Numbered from the stretch's first letter, positions 38,198-48,270 are shown. The stretch: DNA of 64,000 nt from an uncultured Phycisphaeraceae bacterium (GCA_964352615.1 CAYGSG010000007.1:2315-66314), one strand, 5' to 3'. A program made the numbers and translations. The notes: generated by a model from the letters alone, not told the origin.

Positions 38198-38889
38198 TCG
38201 GCATCCTCCGCGAGTCGCTCGAAGTACTTCTCGGTCAGCCCACGGTAGAGCGTGCTGAATCGCTCGTCCGCGCCCTGGAGCAGCGCATCACGCATACGAG
38301 CGGGCAGTGCGCCCCAACGCGCCAGATCGGCCGCAGCAGCCTCGGCAAGCTCGCCGTCCTGTCGGCCGGGCGGCTGCATCTCCTGCTGGTTGTCGCCCTG
38401 CTGCTGTTGCTGTTGTTCCTGCTGCTGCTGGTTGGGCTGGTTCTGTTGCTGCTGTTGCTGTTGTTGCTGCTGGCTCTGCGACTGCTGCTGTTGCTGCTGG
38501 GCGTTCTTGATGAGCACCTCAAGCTTGCGGATCGCTTCGGCCTGCATCCGCTGCGTATCGATGCCCGTGTCTTTCATGCCCGCGAGCCGCTGCGCCGAGT
38601 CGTTCATCAGCCGAACCGCGTCTTCGAACGTCTGCGCGACCGCTTCGCCATCGAGGGCACGCTCAAGCTCGCTCTCGATCGCATCAAGGGCGCCCGTCTC
38701 CGCGCCCTGACCGGGCCTCGCCGCGTCGGGCTCGACGCCCAGCAAAGCGTCAAGGTCGCCCAGGCCAGCCGGCGCGTCGGGATCCGTGGGTAGAGCAGGC
38801 TCGCTGGCGTCTTGGCCAAGAGCCGACGCCGCCATAACGCCGCCAACGAGCAGCGCCGACCAGCGGTTTATGTTGCATCGCGTTCGCAT
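38194..38889 (-). CDS. secreted polyglutamine-rich protein
   Basis: Signal peptide MRTRCNINRWSALLVGGVMAASALGQ. The central tract is QQQQQSQSQQQQQQQQQQNQPNQQQQEQQQQQQGDNQQ. The C-terminus reads …STLYRGLTEKYFERLAED. Confidence 0.6.
   Translation of the reverse strand: MRTRCNINRWSALLVGGVMAASALGQDASEPALPTDPDAPAGLGDLDALLGVEPDAARPGQGAETGALDAIESELERALDGEAVAQTFEDAVRLMNDSAQRLAGMKDTGIDTQRMQAEAIRKLEVLIKNAQQQQQQSQSQQQQQQQQQQNQPNQQQQEQQQQQQGDNQQEMQPPGRQDGELAEAAAADLARWGALPARMRDALLQGADERFSTLYRGLTEKYFERLAEDAE
38398..38500. repeat. (CTG/TTG)n trinucleotide tract encoding polyQ on the minus strand
   Basis: About 100 nt of almost uninterrupted CTG/TTG triplets, read directly from the sequence. Confidence 0.9.
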
Positions 38890-38892
38890 GGG

Positions 38893-41800
38893 TTACCCGC
38901 CTCCCCCGGGTTCGATCTCCGTGCCGCCGCCCGGCTGGGGCGTGGCCTGCTGGAGCTGTTCGATCAGTTGCTGGCCGCGCTCAGCGAGTTCGCGCTGAAG
39001 GTCCGCGAGTTGGTCAAGCTCGGTTGTCTCCGCGCCGTCTTCATCAGCGGCCCGTGTCCATTCCGCGACCTCGATCTGCATCGCACGCAGCAGCTTGAGT
39101 TCCGCAACCGGCGGCACAAGCGGCTGCTCGCCCCCGGCGCCTCCGCCACCGCCGCCGCTCTCCTGAGCGCCCTCGCCGAACTCGTCCTGCTCGGACCGAT
39201 CGTCCTTGAGTGCTTCAAGTATCGAACGCAGCAGCCGTGCCACCGTGGCTTGGCCGCGCTGCGCGCTGCGGTCGGCGTTGCCCCGGCGCAGGCGTTCGGC
39301 CGCGTCCGCGCTTGCCGAGTCCATGCGGTCAAGCGCGAGCGTGAACACCAGCGTGTCCTCGATGTCGGTGTTGGCCTCGCGCACCGCGGCCAGTTCCTCG
39401 GTCAACAAGAGTTGCTGCTCGCCGAGCCCCCGCACCTTGGCCCGTTCGCGGCGGGTGACTTCCTTGCCCACAAACACGTCCACCTCGCTCTGCAACACAA
39501 CCTGCCGTTCAAGCAGCTCGCGGTACGCCTCCTGCAACTCGGCGAGCCTGCGGTCCTGTTCGCGCTGCTGGGCTTCTTCTTCAAGCCGCTCGGCCTCGGC
39601 CTTGGCCTGCTCCAGCAGTTCAAGGCTTCTGGTCTCACGCTTGACCGCGACCTTGCCATTGCCGCTTCGCAGCGCCTGGACCGCCTTCGTCTGTTCGCCC
39701 TGCGCGCCCGACAGCATGGCGATCAGCTGGGCCACATCGCCCGGCGCCTCGCCCGCAAGCTGAATCACCGCCAGCGTGTTCGCATCCAGACGGATCATGC
39801 CCTCATCGAGCTGCTTGACTTCGTCGCCCTCGGCCTGCGCCAGCCGTTCAAGCTGGTCCTCCTGCTGAACGATCAGCGCATCGATCGATTCGATCAGGCT
39901 CGCCAGAATTCGGCGGAGCACCTCATCGCGGCGTTCGTCCGCGTTGTCAATCTCGTCGAGCATCTGCTCGAGCGCCTCGATCGCCTGCTGCTGGTTGCCG
40001 CCCGCGTCGGCGGTCTGGTTCTGCCCGAGGTTCTGCGCCGCGTCGTTCTGCCGTTGTTCAAGCTGCGAAGACCGGCCACGGCTCGCAGCGTCGCGCAACG
40101 CCGAAGCCTGCGCGGGGTCACGACCCGCGAGCTGGTCCGCACGCCGATCGAGTTCTTCGATCGCTTCGCGCCCCGCGTCCGCTGCCCGCTGCTGACGCTC
40201 CAAAATCCGCTCAAGCTCCGTGCGTTCGGCCTGCGTCAACTGCTCGATCGTTCGGCCCGTGGTGCGCTGGCCGAGTTGGGCGGTCTGCTCTGCGATCTCT
40301 CGCTGTTCTTCGAGCAATTGCTCGACGCCCCGCCGCGCCACCCATGCATCTTCGCCCCGGTCCAGAGCTGCAATCAAGTCGCTCAGGGCTGCACGCACTT
40401 CTTCCTGTGCTTGCTGGGCGCGCTCGGTCGCTTCGTCGCGAGCGTCCTGTTCGTCTTCGTTCTGCTGGGCATCGAGTTCCCGCTGCGCCTGCTCCGAGGC
40501 CTCGGCCGCCTCGCGTGCGATCGACTCCGCATCTTCGAGCAGCCCTGCCAGCGGGCTGTCGTCCATCTGGTTGCGGTCCAGCCGTTGACCGAGCCGATCG
40601 AGCGCCGCCTGCTGGGCCTCGATGCGCCGCGTCAGCGCTTCTTGCCTCGCCTCGGCCTTGGGATCAGCGGGTTCTTGGGCGACTTGGTCTCGCAGCTCAC
40701 GCTGCTGGCCTTCAAGCCGCATGGCCGCGCGCCGCACCGCCGACAGTTCGCCGCGAACCTGCGCCTCAAGTTCGCTCTCGTCGATGATTCGCAGCACGCG
40801 CTTGGCCGACCGCGCGGGCTTGCGCGGCTGGCCCTGATGATCGAACACATCGCTCGCCAGCGCCCACAGCCAAATCTCGTCGCCCGCCGTCGCTCCGAAG
40901 TCTTCAAGCGCCAGGGCGACCCGCGCCTGCCCGATCAGCCCGCCCGCGACCGATTCACGCGCGAGCAGCGTTTCATCGCCAACTGCCTCGGCCTCCGCTC
41001 CGGTCGAGCCTGCGGGCGATCTCGCCCGCTGTGCAACGAGCGACACCTGTTCGAGCCCTATGTCATCGCGCCCCTCGCCGAGTACATCGATGATCGCCGT
41101 GGCCAGCACCGCTTCATCCCTGCTGGGCTCGATGATCGCGATGGCTGGCGGTTCGTCCTGGATTACCTCAAGGCGGACCGTCGCCGCAGCGGCGGGCGTC
41201 AGACCGTGGGAATCCACGGGCATCACCGCGAGCACCACTTGTGCTTTCGGCTGAAGGGTCAGCGTCCATGTCGCGCCGTCATCGCTCGCCCTCATGGCAC
41301 CTGCGAGCGTCTCGTCACCGAGCTGTGTACGTGCGACCTCGGCCGCGTCCGCCCACCTAGGCAGCGGCTTGTTGAACCGCAGCGCCACCGTCACATCTGA
41401 ACCCGCGAGCACCGGCGAAGGCGCGCTCACCACGCGCGAGCCCGCATCAAGCTCGATGCCCTTGCCCGCGAGCACGCCTGTCACGCCCGCGCGCACCGCG
41501 TACTCGGGCGGCTCGGCCCGCACGCTCACGCCCACAAGCCTTGGCCTCGGCGCAAGCGTCAACTGCTGCACATCGGTCTGGTCGTCGGCGCTCACAAACC
41601 GGTACTCGAGCACCGCGTCGCGTTCGAGCATCGGGGTCTCGGTCAGGCGTTCGTACACCTCGCCGGTCGCTTCGCCGGATGTGGCCTCGCGCCGCTGGGG
41701 CGAGAGCGGCAGCGTGCGCCAGGGCTCGGCCTTGCCATCGCGCACGACCCGAAGCTTCACATCCACATCGCTCTGGCCCAGCGCCCGATTGGTCTTGGTC

Positions 41801-42489
41801 AGCAGCGCCCGCAGCACGATCGGCTCGCCCGCAGCGTGCACGCCGGTGCTGATGGCTGCCGCAACGCCGGTGCGTTTGGGCCACTGGGTCTGCGTCCATG
41901 GCGTGAGCAGCCGCGAGAGTCCGATCGAGGCCAGCGCCGGGCTTGCGACAGCGGCGCCGCCCGCGATCAGCAGCGCCATCGCCAGTGCGATCACGCCCCG
42001 CCGAGCGGGTTCGGTGCGTATGAGTTGGTCGATGCGCACGCCCTTGAGCGCTTCGCCCGCATCGCTGATGGCCTTTGCCTTGAGCGATGCCGAGGTCGGG
42101 TCATCGGTGTCAGCAGCACGCTCACCCGCGAGTTCGAGCGCTGAGGCCAGGCTGCCGCGAACGCCTTTGCCCTGCTCGCCTTGTTCGACGCGCAGCGCCA
42201 CGGCCGTCAGGCTGGGCGCAAACGATGCGGCGCGAAGCACCCACGCGCGGAGCATCCACGCGAAGCCCACAAGCCCGCCGATCAGCAGCACCCACCGTGC
42301 GCCCGCCGGAAGCCTGAGCAAGAAGTCCAACAGCACGCCCGCCAGCAGGCCGACCAGCACCGCCGCCGCCACCATCGAGCCCGCGCGCACCAGCAGCACG
42401 CGCTTGGCCCGCGACCGCAAACCCACCAGCGCACGCCGAAGCGATGGCCCCTGGCCCGCAGTAGCGGAGACTGGCTGGTTGTGGCTCAT
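38893..42489 (-). CDS. 1198-aa membrane-anchored coiled-coil protein
   Basis: GGAGG lies 7 nt before ATG 42489. The N-terminus has TM helices (…VAAAVLVGLLAGVLLDFLL…, …WVLLIGGLVGFAWML…). A beta-rich middle is followed by ~600 aa of E/Q/R/A-rich heptad-like sequence. The gene ends 3 nt before the next gene. Confidence 0.7.
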   Translation of the reverse strand: MSHNQPVSATAGQGPSLRRALVGLRSRAKRVLLVRAGSMVAAAVLVGLLAGVLLDFLLRLPAGARWVLLIGGLVGFAWMLRAWVLRAASFAPSLTAVALRVEQGEQGKGVRGSLASALELAGERAADTDDPTSASLKAKAISDAGEALKGVRIDQLIRTEPARRGVIALAMALLIAGGAAVASPALASIGLSRLLTPWTQTQWPKRTGVAAAISTGVHAAGEPIVLRALLTKTNRALGQSDVDVKLRVVRDGKAEPWRTLPLSPQRREATSGEATGEVYERLTETPMLERDAVLEYRFVSADDQTDVQQLTLAPRPRLVGVSVRAEPPEYAVRAGVTGVLAGKGIELDAGSRVVSAPSPVLAGSDVTVALRFNKPLPRWADAAEVARTQLGDETLAGAMRASDDGATWTLTLQPKAQVVLAVMPVDSHGLTPAAAATVRLEVIQDEPPAIAIIEPSRDEAVLATAIIDVLGEGRDDIGLEQVSLVAQRARSPAGSTGAEAEAVGDETLLARESVAGGLIGQARVALALEDFGATAGDEIWLWALASDVFDHQGQPRKPARSAKRVLRIIDESELEAQVRGELSAVRRAAMRLEGQQRELRDQVAQEPADPKAEARQEALTRRIEAQQAALDRLGQRLDRNQMDDSPLAGLLEDAESIAREAAEASEQAQRELDAQQNEDEQDARDEATERAQQAQEEVRAALSDLIAALDRGEDAWVARRGVEQLLEEQREIAEQTAQLGQRTTGRTIEQLTQAERTELERILERQQRAADAGREAIEELDRRADQLAGRDPAQASALRDAASRGRSSQLEQRQNDAAQNLGQNQTADAGGNQQQAIEALEQMLDEIDNADERRDEVLRRILASLIESIDALIVQQEDQLERLAQAEGDEVKQLDEGMIRLDANTLAVIQLAGEAPGDVAQLIAMLSGAQGEQTKAVQALRSGNGKVAVKRETRSLELLEQAKAEAERLEEEAQQREQDRRLAELQEAYRELLERQVVLQSEVDVFVGKEVTRRERAKVRGLGEQQLLLTEELAAVREANTDIEDTLVFTLALDRMDSASADAAERLRRGNADRSAQRGQATVARLLRSILEALKDDRSEQDEFGEGAQESGGGGGGAGGEQPLVPPVAELKLLRAMQIEVAEWTRAADEDGAETTELDQLADLQRELAERGQQLIEQLQQATPQPGGGTEIEPGGGG

Positions 42490-42625
42490 GGTCGTGCCTC
42501 CACGGGCTCCATCGGCGTTAGCCTGGCCCACCCTCCTGCAACGTCTACCACTCTCTATACGCCCCGCTGCGGCGAGTCGGCCCGCTGACAGTACCGTTAC
42601 CCATACAAAAACATGACATGATGAC

Positions 42626-44938
42626 TCACGCCAATCGCAGCAGCCGTCTGCCCGCCCACTCCGCGCCGAGCAGCACCACCAGCAGCACGAGCATCAAAGG
42701 CGTGTCCCAAAGCGTCTGGATCTTTGGCGGCGATGCCACCACCACCTCCCGGTTGGGGATCTCCTCCGCCAACGCGCCCAGTTCGCCGGTTGGCACCACG
42801 CGCCCGCCTGTCCGCTGAGCCAGGCTCGCCAGCAGCGCGTGGTCGGGCCGGGGGTCTCGGCGTTCGTCGTCCGCACGCACCACACGCACCTCTCGCTGCA
42901 ACCCCACGCCCGCGAGCAGCGGCGTCGCGGCCTTCAACTCGTACGTGCCCGGCTCCGACGGAATCCACGTTCCCAAAAACGTCGGGTCATCTTCGCCGAG
43001 CCTGCGCACGCTCACCCGCTGGGGCTCTGCATCCGGCTCGCCCGACCTCGCCAGATCGAACTCGACCGCGCCCTCGGCTGCATCGACGAGCGCTTGGTCG
43101 AGCAGCCGAAGCTCGATGCTCACCGCCCGGCCCGCGACCGGCTGGCGCGGGTCGATCCGCAGCGCCGCCTCGGTGCCCAATCTCGCCAAGCTCTGCCGGC
43201 CCGCCATGCGCACAATCGGCAGCCAGAACCGGTCGAACAGCAGGTCGCCCAAGCCGTAGCGCCATCGCCACGTCTCGTCCGTCGCAAGGTACACCACCCG
43301 GCCCGCGCCGTAGCGCATCGTCATCACCACCGGCCAGCCGCGCGCGTCCACGATCGAATCGCCCTGCGCAAACGCCAAGGGCACCGCAGCGGGCTTGAGC
43401 CGATCGACGGCGATCTTCTGCACACCCCAAAGCCGGCTCCAGCCCGTCAACGGATCAGACAACTGCGAGGGCCAGGGCTCGCTCGGCGTATCGCCCAGAC
43501 GCAGCACACCCAGCGCGTCCGAAGCATCCGCCCGAACGAGTGTCACCGCATCGTCCCACACCGGCGTTTGAGCCTGTGATGCAAGCGTAAACGGCAGCAG
43601 GGCCGCGAGCGGTGAACCGCGGTAGCCGTGGGGCGTCGCACGCGAGCCGCCGATCCATACAAGCCCCGCGCCGCGCGTCGCGATGTGATCGCGCAGTTGG
43701 TTCATCGTCTCTTCGCCGAGCAGTTCCGGACGCACATCGCCCAGCACCACCACGTCGATATCCGCCCATTCCTCTGGCGAGTTCGGCAGCTGCGCGATCG
43801 CCACATTGCCTTCCTGCGTGTACCGCCTGCGGGCCGCCAGCAGCAGCGACGACGACGTGATCGAATCCTCACGCAGCAACAAGTTTTTGAGATACCGGTG
43901 CTCCCAGCGAGGCGTGCCATCGAGGTACACCACGCGCAGCGGCTCGTCGAGCACCTCCACCGTGAGTTCCTGCGTGTTGTTCTCCGCGACCAGATCGCCC
44001 TCGCCCGCGTCGATCTCGACACGCCACCGCTGCGCGCCGGGCCGATCGGGCGTCGCCAGCAGCGTCAGTTCTACTGAGCCGCCATCGACGCTGATCGCTC
44101 GTTCGTCGAGCACCCGGCCTGTCAGTTCATCGATGAGCCTCGCCACCGCCGGCGTCGCCTCGCCCGCGTCAGCCACCTGATCGATGCGCACCTGCACCGG
44201 CACCGCGTCGTCCACGAACGCTCTGGCCGCAGCGGTCGCCGTTACCGCAAGGTCGCGCGTCGTGCCCGTCGCGCCCAGCGCCACCGTGAACACCGGCACG
44301 CCTTTAGCACGAAGCCGGTCCCACGAATCGGCGCTCAGCGCCGAAGACGACCGCCCATCGCTCAAGACCACGATGCCCGCAAGCGACCGGGCAGCACCGC
44401 GGTCCAGCGCCTCATCGAGCGCTGCTTCAAGGTCCGTGCGCACGCCCGCCGCATCGCCGAGCGTCACGCCTTGGTCGCTCGCGGCAAGATCGAACGCCCC
44501 GTCGGCAAAGCCCAGCCACACAAGCCGTGAACGCTCGGCCCGCTGCGACCACTGGGGCCATGCGGCCCGAAGCGCCTCGCGAAGCTGCTCGTTGCGCGTC
44601 GCGCCATCGGGACCGTCGGCGGCTTCCATCGAAGCCGACCGGTCCGCGAGCACCATGATCCAGTCCGGTTCGACCCGGCGGGAACTCTCGATCAGGGCCG
44701 GGCCGCTGAGCATCACCAGCACCAACACGAGCGTCACGCCCCGCACGCACCCGAGCACCACGCGCCATCGGCGAGCCATCGGAAGCCGGCGGTACACCCA
44801 CCACGCCACGCCCGCAGCGCCCGCGATCAGCACCACCCATAGCCAGCTTGGCCAGGGCCGCTGCCAGCCGAACCGCACACCTTCGACGCCGAAACGCACC
44901 GCATCGAGCCCGAGCAAGGTGTTGAGCAGGTCGTTCAT
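42626..44938 (-). CDS. membrane vWA-domain protein (BatB-like, with a large C-terminal extension)
   Basis: N-terminal TM pair. MIDAS-like VLADRSASM. Later …VVYLDGTPRWEHRYLKNLL… resembles the amidotransferase-like domain seen in long Bat-type proteins. The start overlaps the upstream stop (ATGA). Confidence 0.7.
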   Translation of the reverse strand: MNDLLNTLLGLDAVRFGVEGVRFGWQRPWPSWLWVVLIAGAAGVAWWVYRRLPMARRWRVVLGCVRGVTLVLVLVMLSGPALIESSRRVEPDWIMVLADRSASMEAADGPDGATRNEQLREALRAAWPQWSQRAERSRLVWLGFADGAFDLAASDQGVTLGDAAGVRTDLEAALDEALDRGAARSLAGIVVLSDGRSSSALSADSWDRLRAKGVPVFTVALGATGTTRDLAVTATAAARAFVDDAVPVQVRIDQVADAGEATPAVARLIDELTGRVLDERAISVDGGSVELTLLATPDRPGAQRWRVEIDAGEGDLVAENNTQELTVEVLDEPLRVVYLDGTPRWEHRYLKNLLLREDSITSSSLLLAARRRYTQEGNVAIAQLPNSPEEWADIDVVVLGDVRPELLGEETMNQLRDHIATRGAGLVWIGGSRATPHGYRGSPLAALLPFTLASQAQTPVWDDAVTLVRADASDALGVLRLGDTPSEPWPSQLSDPLTGWSRLWGVQKIAVDRLKPAAVPLAFAQGDSIVDARGWPVVMTMRYGAGRVVYLATDETWRWRYGLGDLLFDRFWLPIVRMAGRQSLARLGTEAALRIDPRQPVAGRAVSIELRLLDQALVDAAEGAVEFDLARSGEPDAEPQRVSVRRLGEDDPTFLGTWIPSEPGTYELKAATPLLAGVGLQREVRVVRADDERRDPRPDHALLASLAQRTGGRVVPTGELGALAEEIPNREVVVASPPKIQTLWDTPLMLVLLVVLLGAEWAGRRLLRLA

Positions 44939-47121
44939 GCGCGCGCGCCCCGTCCCGTGTTCACCGCCATCGGCCTCAGCTCAGCATGACTAAACCGCCT
45001 CGCGAGCAGCGCCTCCGCAACCAGTGCAGCCAACAGCAGCACGATGGCCGGCAGCGCCCAGCCCGCGTCGGTTCGAGCGGCTCGCGCGTCGGCAGCCTCG
45101 CTGGCTTGTTCATCGCCCAATACGCCGGGCCTTCGGCCTGTCTGCGACTCGAACCACGCGAGCACTTCCTCGGTCGACCGCACCCGCGCTCGGCCCGCGT
45201 CGGCATCCGGGTTCACCACCGCGACACCTGTCGCGGCGCCCTGCGCATCGATCGCGTCCCACACGCCCGCGAACCGCGCTGCCTCACCCGACTCGACCGT
45301 GATCCGCTCGCGTCCCGGCGAGCGAAGCTCCTGCGTTCCCGATGGCGCCGCTGGCTCGCGCCCCGCGACCGAGACCGCGCGCGGGTTGGCGGCGTCGATG
45401 CCCTGCCGCACAAGTTCTTGCACCAACGGCACCATGAGCCCGCGCGCCGGAAGATCCGTCCATTCAAGGTCCAAAGCCGAGGCCATCAGCACCACGAGCC
45501 CGCGCGTTGCTTCGCCCCGGCCCGCCACCACCATCGGCGCGCCGTCACTCAGGCTCAGCACCGTCTCGCCCTCGCCCGCTGCGAGTTCAAGCCTTCGGCG
45601 AACCGGGATAGAACCCGCGATCTCCGCGAGTTCCGGTTCGAGCAGCTTGAGCAACTCGCCCACCGGCACCGGGCTGATTGTTAGCGCTACCTCGCTCGCT
45701 GGGCCCGCCGACCAGCCAAGGCCCAGCGTCTGGCTGAGCGCATCGGGCCACACCGGCGTGCCGCGCTCGTCGGCATCGGGCGTGACCACCAACAGCCCGC
45801 CGCGCGAAACAAATTCACCAAGACGCGTCCATCCTGCCGCCGACACCCGCGCCGGCTCAAGCACGAACAGCGCCGAAAGGTCCGACAAACGCTCGCGTTC
45901 GATGCTCGTGGTCGGCACGTCTCGCAGCTCGATGCCGGTTTCGCGCCCGCCCGGGACCATCGCCAGCCGCACCCACTCGCTGGGCCCGTAGTCGCGCACG
46001 CTCGTCGGCCGATCGAACCCGCCCGGGCCTGCGATCCCGATGCGCAGCGACGTGCGCACCTGCACCGCCGCGTAGCGAACATCGTCACCCGGCAGCTCGT
46101 CGCCATCAATCTCGACCCGCAGCGCGCCCCACCGGCTGCCAGTAGAGGCATCGATCGCCGAGCGATCGAACGCGATCAGCGCTTGTGCCGTGGTCTGGCC
46201 CGGCGACCAACGCACCATCGCCTCGCCCAGCGGCGGGGACCAATTCGCGGGGCCGGTGCGGCCACGCAGCACCACGCGCGATACCGCAGCGCTCCCGCCC
46301 GCGCGGGCAAGGTCAATCGCCACCCGGTCGCCGCCCACGTCATCGCTCGATGTCACGCCACGCACCGGCGCCACAGCGGTGATGCCCACCGTGGCCGGTT
46401 CGTCCGCCCTTGGCGGCGAGAGCAGGAATTCAACACCCGTTTGCTCGGGCCAATCGGGCAACGCCGATTCGCCTCGAGCAGTACCTTCAAGCCAGTCGCT
46501 AAACACCGCGACCACCACCGGGCCTTGCGAGGCGTCTTCGAGCCCAAGCTCGGCCTGCACCGCTGCGATGTCGTCGATCACCAGTTCAACCGCGCCCTTC
46601 ACGTCCGCGCGGGCATCGGTCGGCTCCATCGAATCGAGCAGCCCAGCGACCGCTGCCAGATCCGTCGAGGGCGCGAGCACGATGCCCCGCGCTGGCTGGC
46701 TCATCGAGATCAGCCCCACCCGGTCGCCGCGCATCGGATCGAGCGAACCGATCAACTCGCGTGCCGCCGCTGCGTGCCTGCGCACACCCGAGAGCCCGCT
46801 TGCGTCGGTCGCCGTCGAACTCAGGCTGTCGTCGACCAGCACATACACCGTCCGCGTGCCCGGCCCATCGAGCCCGGCTGCCAGCAGCGCCGGCCGGCCC
46901 AGCGCAACCGCAAGCAGCAGCAGCGCCAGACACCGCAGCGCCAGCAGCAGCCACCGCTCGATCAGCAGCCGCTTGCGATTGCGCTTGTACGCCTCCACCA
47001 AGAACCGCATCGCCGCCCACCGCACCGGCTTGCGCCGACGCCGCATGAGCAGGTGAATCAAGATCGGCACCGCGATGCACGCGATCGCGCCAGTGAACAG
47101 CGCGGGGTTCAGCATCCCCAT
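44935..47121 (-). CDS. BatA N-terminal (double-TM) domain + vWA protein
   Basis: MGMLNPALFTGAIACIAVPILIHLLMRRRRKPVRWAAMRFL…LLLALRCLALLLLAVALGRP is the aerotolerance-regulator N-terminal signature. The MIDAS motif is VLVDDSLSS. The track ORF start at 47244 overlaps the DUF58 gene. Confidence 0.75.
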   Translation of the reverse strand: MGMLNPALFTGAIACIAVPILIHLLMRRRRKPVRWAAMRFLVEAYKRNRKRLLIERWLLLALRCLALLLLAVALGRPALLAAGLDGPGTRTVYVLVDDSLSSTATDASGLSGVRRHAAAARELIGSLDPMRGDRVGLISMSQPARGIVLAPSTDLAAVAGLLDSMEPTDARADVKGAVELVIDDIAAVQAELGLEDASQGPVVVAVFSDWLEGTARGESALPDWPEQTGVEFLLSPPRADEPATVGITAVAPVRGVTSSDDVGGDRVAIDLARAGGSAAVSRVVLRGRTGPANWSPPLGEAMVRWSPGQTTAQALIAFDRSAIDASTGSRWGALRVEIDGDELPGDDVRYAAVQVRTSLRIGIAGPGGFDRPTSVRDYGPSEWVRLAMVPGGRETGIELRDVPTTSIERERLSDLSALFVLEPARVSAAGWTRLGEFVSRGGLLVVTPDADERGTPVWPDALSQTLGLGWSAGPASEVALTISPVPVGELLKLLEPELAEIAGSIPVRRRLELAAGEGETVLSLSDGAPMVVAGRGEATRGLVVLMASALDLEWTDLPARGLMVPLVQELVRQGIDAANPRAVSVAGREPAAPSGTQELRSPGRERITVESGEAARFAGVWDAIDAQGAATGVAVVNPDADAGRARVRSTEEVLAWFESQTGRRPGVLGDEQASEAADARAARTDAGWALPAIVLLLAALVAEALLARRFSHAELRPMAVNTGRGARA

Positions 47122-47137
47122 CAGTGCACCGCCCCTC

Positions 47138-48196
47138 TCACGATCGGCTCCGCTTGCGGATGAACGCGTTGCGGTGCGCCACAAAGTGCGCGAGCGGCGG
47201 CCCAAGCCAGTCGTGCGTATCCACCAGCTCGTAATCAAAACCAAGGCCCACCACCGATCGCTCGACCGCGGCGCGGTGCTCCTCGAAGGCCTTCAGGTAC
47301 GCGTCGCGGATCGCTCTTGGGTCAAGCCTGAGCATCGGCTCGCCTTCGAGCCCCTCAAACGGCGCCACACCGCTCAGATCAAACTCGCGCTCGGCACGGT
47401 CCACCACCTGGAACGCGATCACGTCGTGCCCACGGTGCCGCAGCCGACCCATCGCAGCCCGGATCGGTTCGGGGTCCTCAAAGAAGTCTCCGATGATCGC
47501 GATCAGGCACCGGTTGCTCACGCCCGCGAGCACCTGGTCCACCGCCCGGGGCAGGTTCGTCTGCGCATCGACCGCCTGCATCGACAGCGTCTCGACGATC
47601 TGCTTCCAGGTGGTCTGTGCGCTCGACCGACGAACCGCGGCCAGAATCTCGTTGGCGTAGACGTACAGCCCCGCCCGGTCGCCCTGGCGAAGCGTGATGT
47701 AGCTCAGCGCCGCCGCCAGCGCCGTCGCGTGGTCGAACTTGCTCCAGTACGTCCGCCCATCGGGGCTCTCGTCCCGGCCGGCGCCCGAGGCATCGTGAAA
47801 GCTCCGCGAGCCGAAGTCCATCGAGCCCGAAGCATCCACCAGCGTGATCAGGTCGAGGTTCGTCTCCTGCTGGTACTGCTTGAGGTGCAGCTTGTCGCTG
47901 CGGGCGTACACCTTCCAGTCGAGGTGGCGGATGTCATCGCCCGCGACGTACGGCCGGTGCTGGGCGAACTCCACGCTAAAGCCCTGATAGGGCGAACGGT
48001 GCTGGCCGCTGGTCACGCCCTCGATGATCATCTTCGCGCGCAGCTCAAAGGTCTTGAGCCTCGCCAGCGTCTGCGGATGCAGGTACAGCGTCGCGTCCTG
48101 CCCCTTGCCCCCCTTGCCGCTCTTGCTCCCCTGGCCCGTGCGCGCAGCGCTCGCGTCTGCTGCGGTGCCGGGCTGTGGGCTGGGGGGTGCGTCCAT
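47138..48196 (-). CDS. DUF58 domain protein
   Basis: …GQHRSPYQGFSVEFAQHRPYVAGDDIRHLDWKVYARSDKLHLKQYQQE…LVDASGSM… is the DUF58 core. Confidence 0.85.
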   Translation of the reverse strand: MDAPPSPQPGTAADASAARTGQGSKSGKGGKGQDATLYLHPQTLARLKTFELRAKMIIEGVTSGQHRSPYQGFSVEFAQHRPYVAGDDIRHLDWKVYARSDKLHLKQYQQETNLDLITLVDASGSMDFGSRSFHDASGAGRDESPDGRTYWSKFDHATALAAALSYITLRQGDRAGLYVYANEILAAVRRSSAQTTWKQIVETLSMQAVDAQTNLPRAVDQVLAGVSNRCLIAIIGDFFEDPEPIRAAMGRLRHRGHDVIAFQVVDRAEREFDLSGVAPFEGLEGEPMLRLDPRAIRDAYLKAFEEHRAAVERSVVGLGFDYELVDTHDWLGPPLAHFVAHRNAFIRKRSRS

Positions 48197-48270
48197 CGTT
48201 CCATACTACGGCGAACCGACCAGCAAGCTGCACCCACCGGCAGCTACCCATCAAAGTCGCACGATGCGCC

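Noticed and set aside
38812-41400. 862-aa plus-strand ORF. Similar long ORFs occur at 23849-26380 (+), 47075-49471 (+), 53087-54874 (-), 60732-62378 (-), 31852-33405 (-), 51904-53274 (+), 29015-30440 (+), 8606-9655 (-), 14778-15671 (-), 26516-27532 (-), 622-1464 (-) and 1741-2832 (-).
   Set aside because: All are antisense to genes with clear family motifs. Their translations are Arg/Leu/His/Pro/Gly-rich with no motifs. These are the usual shadow ORFs of GC-rich DNA with few stop codons.
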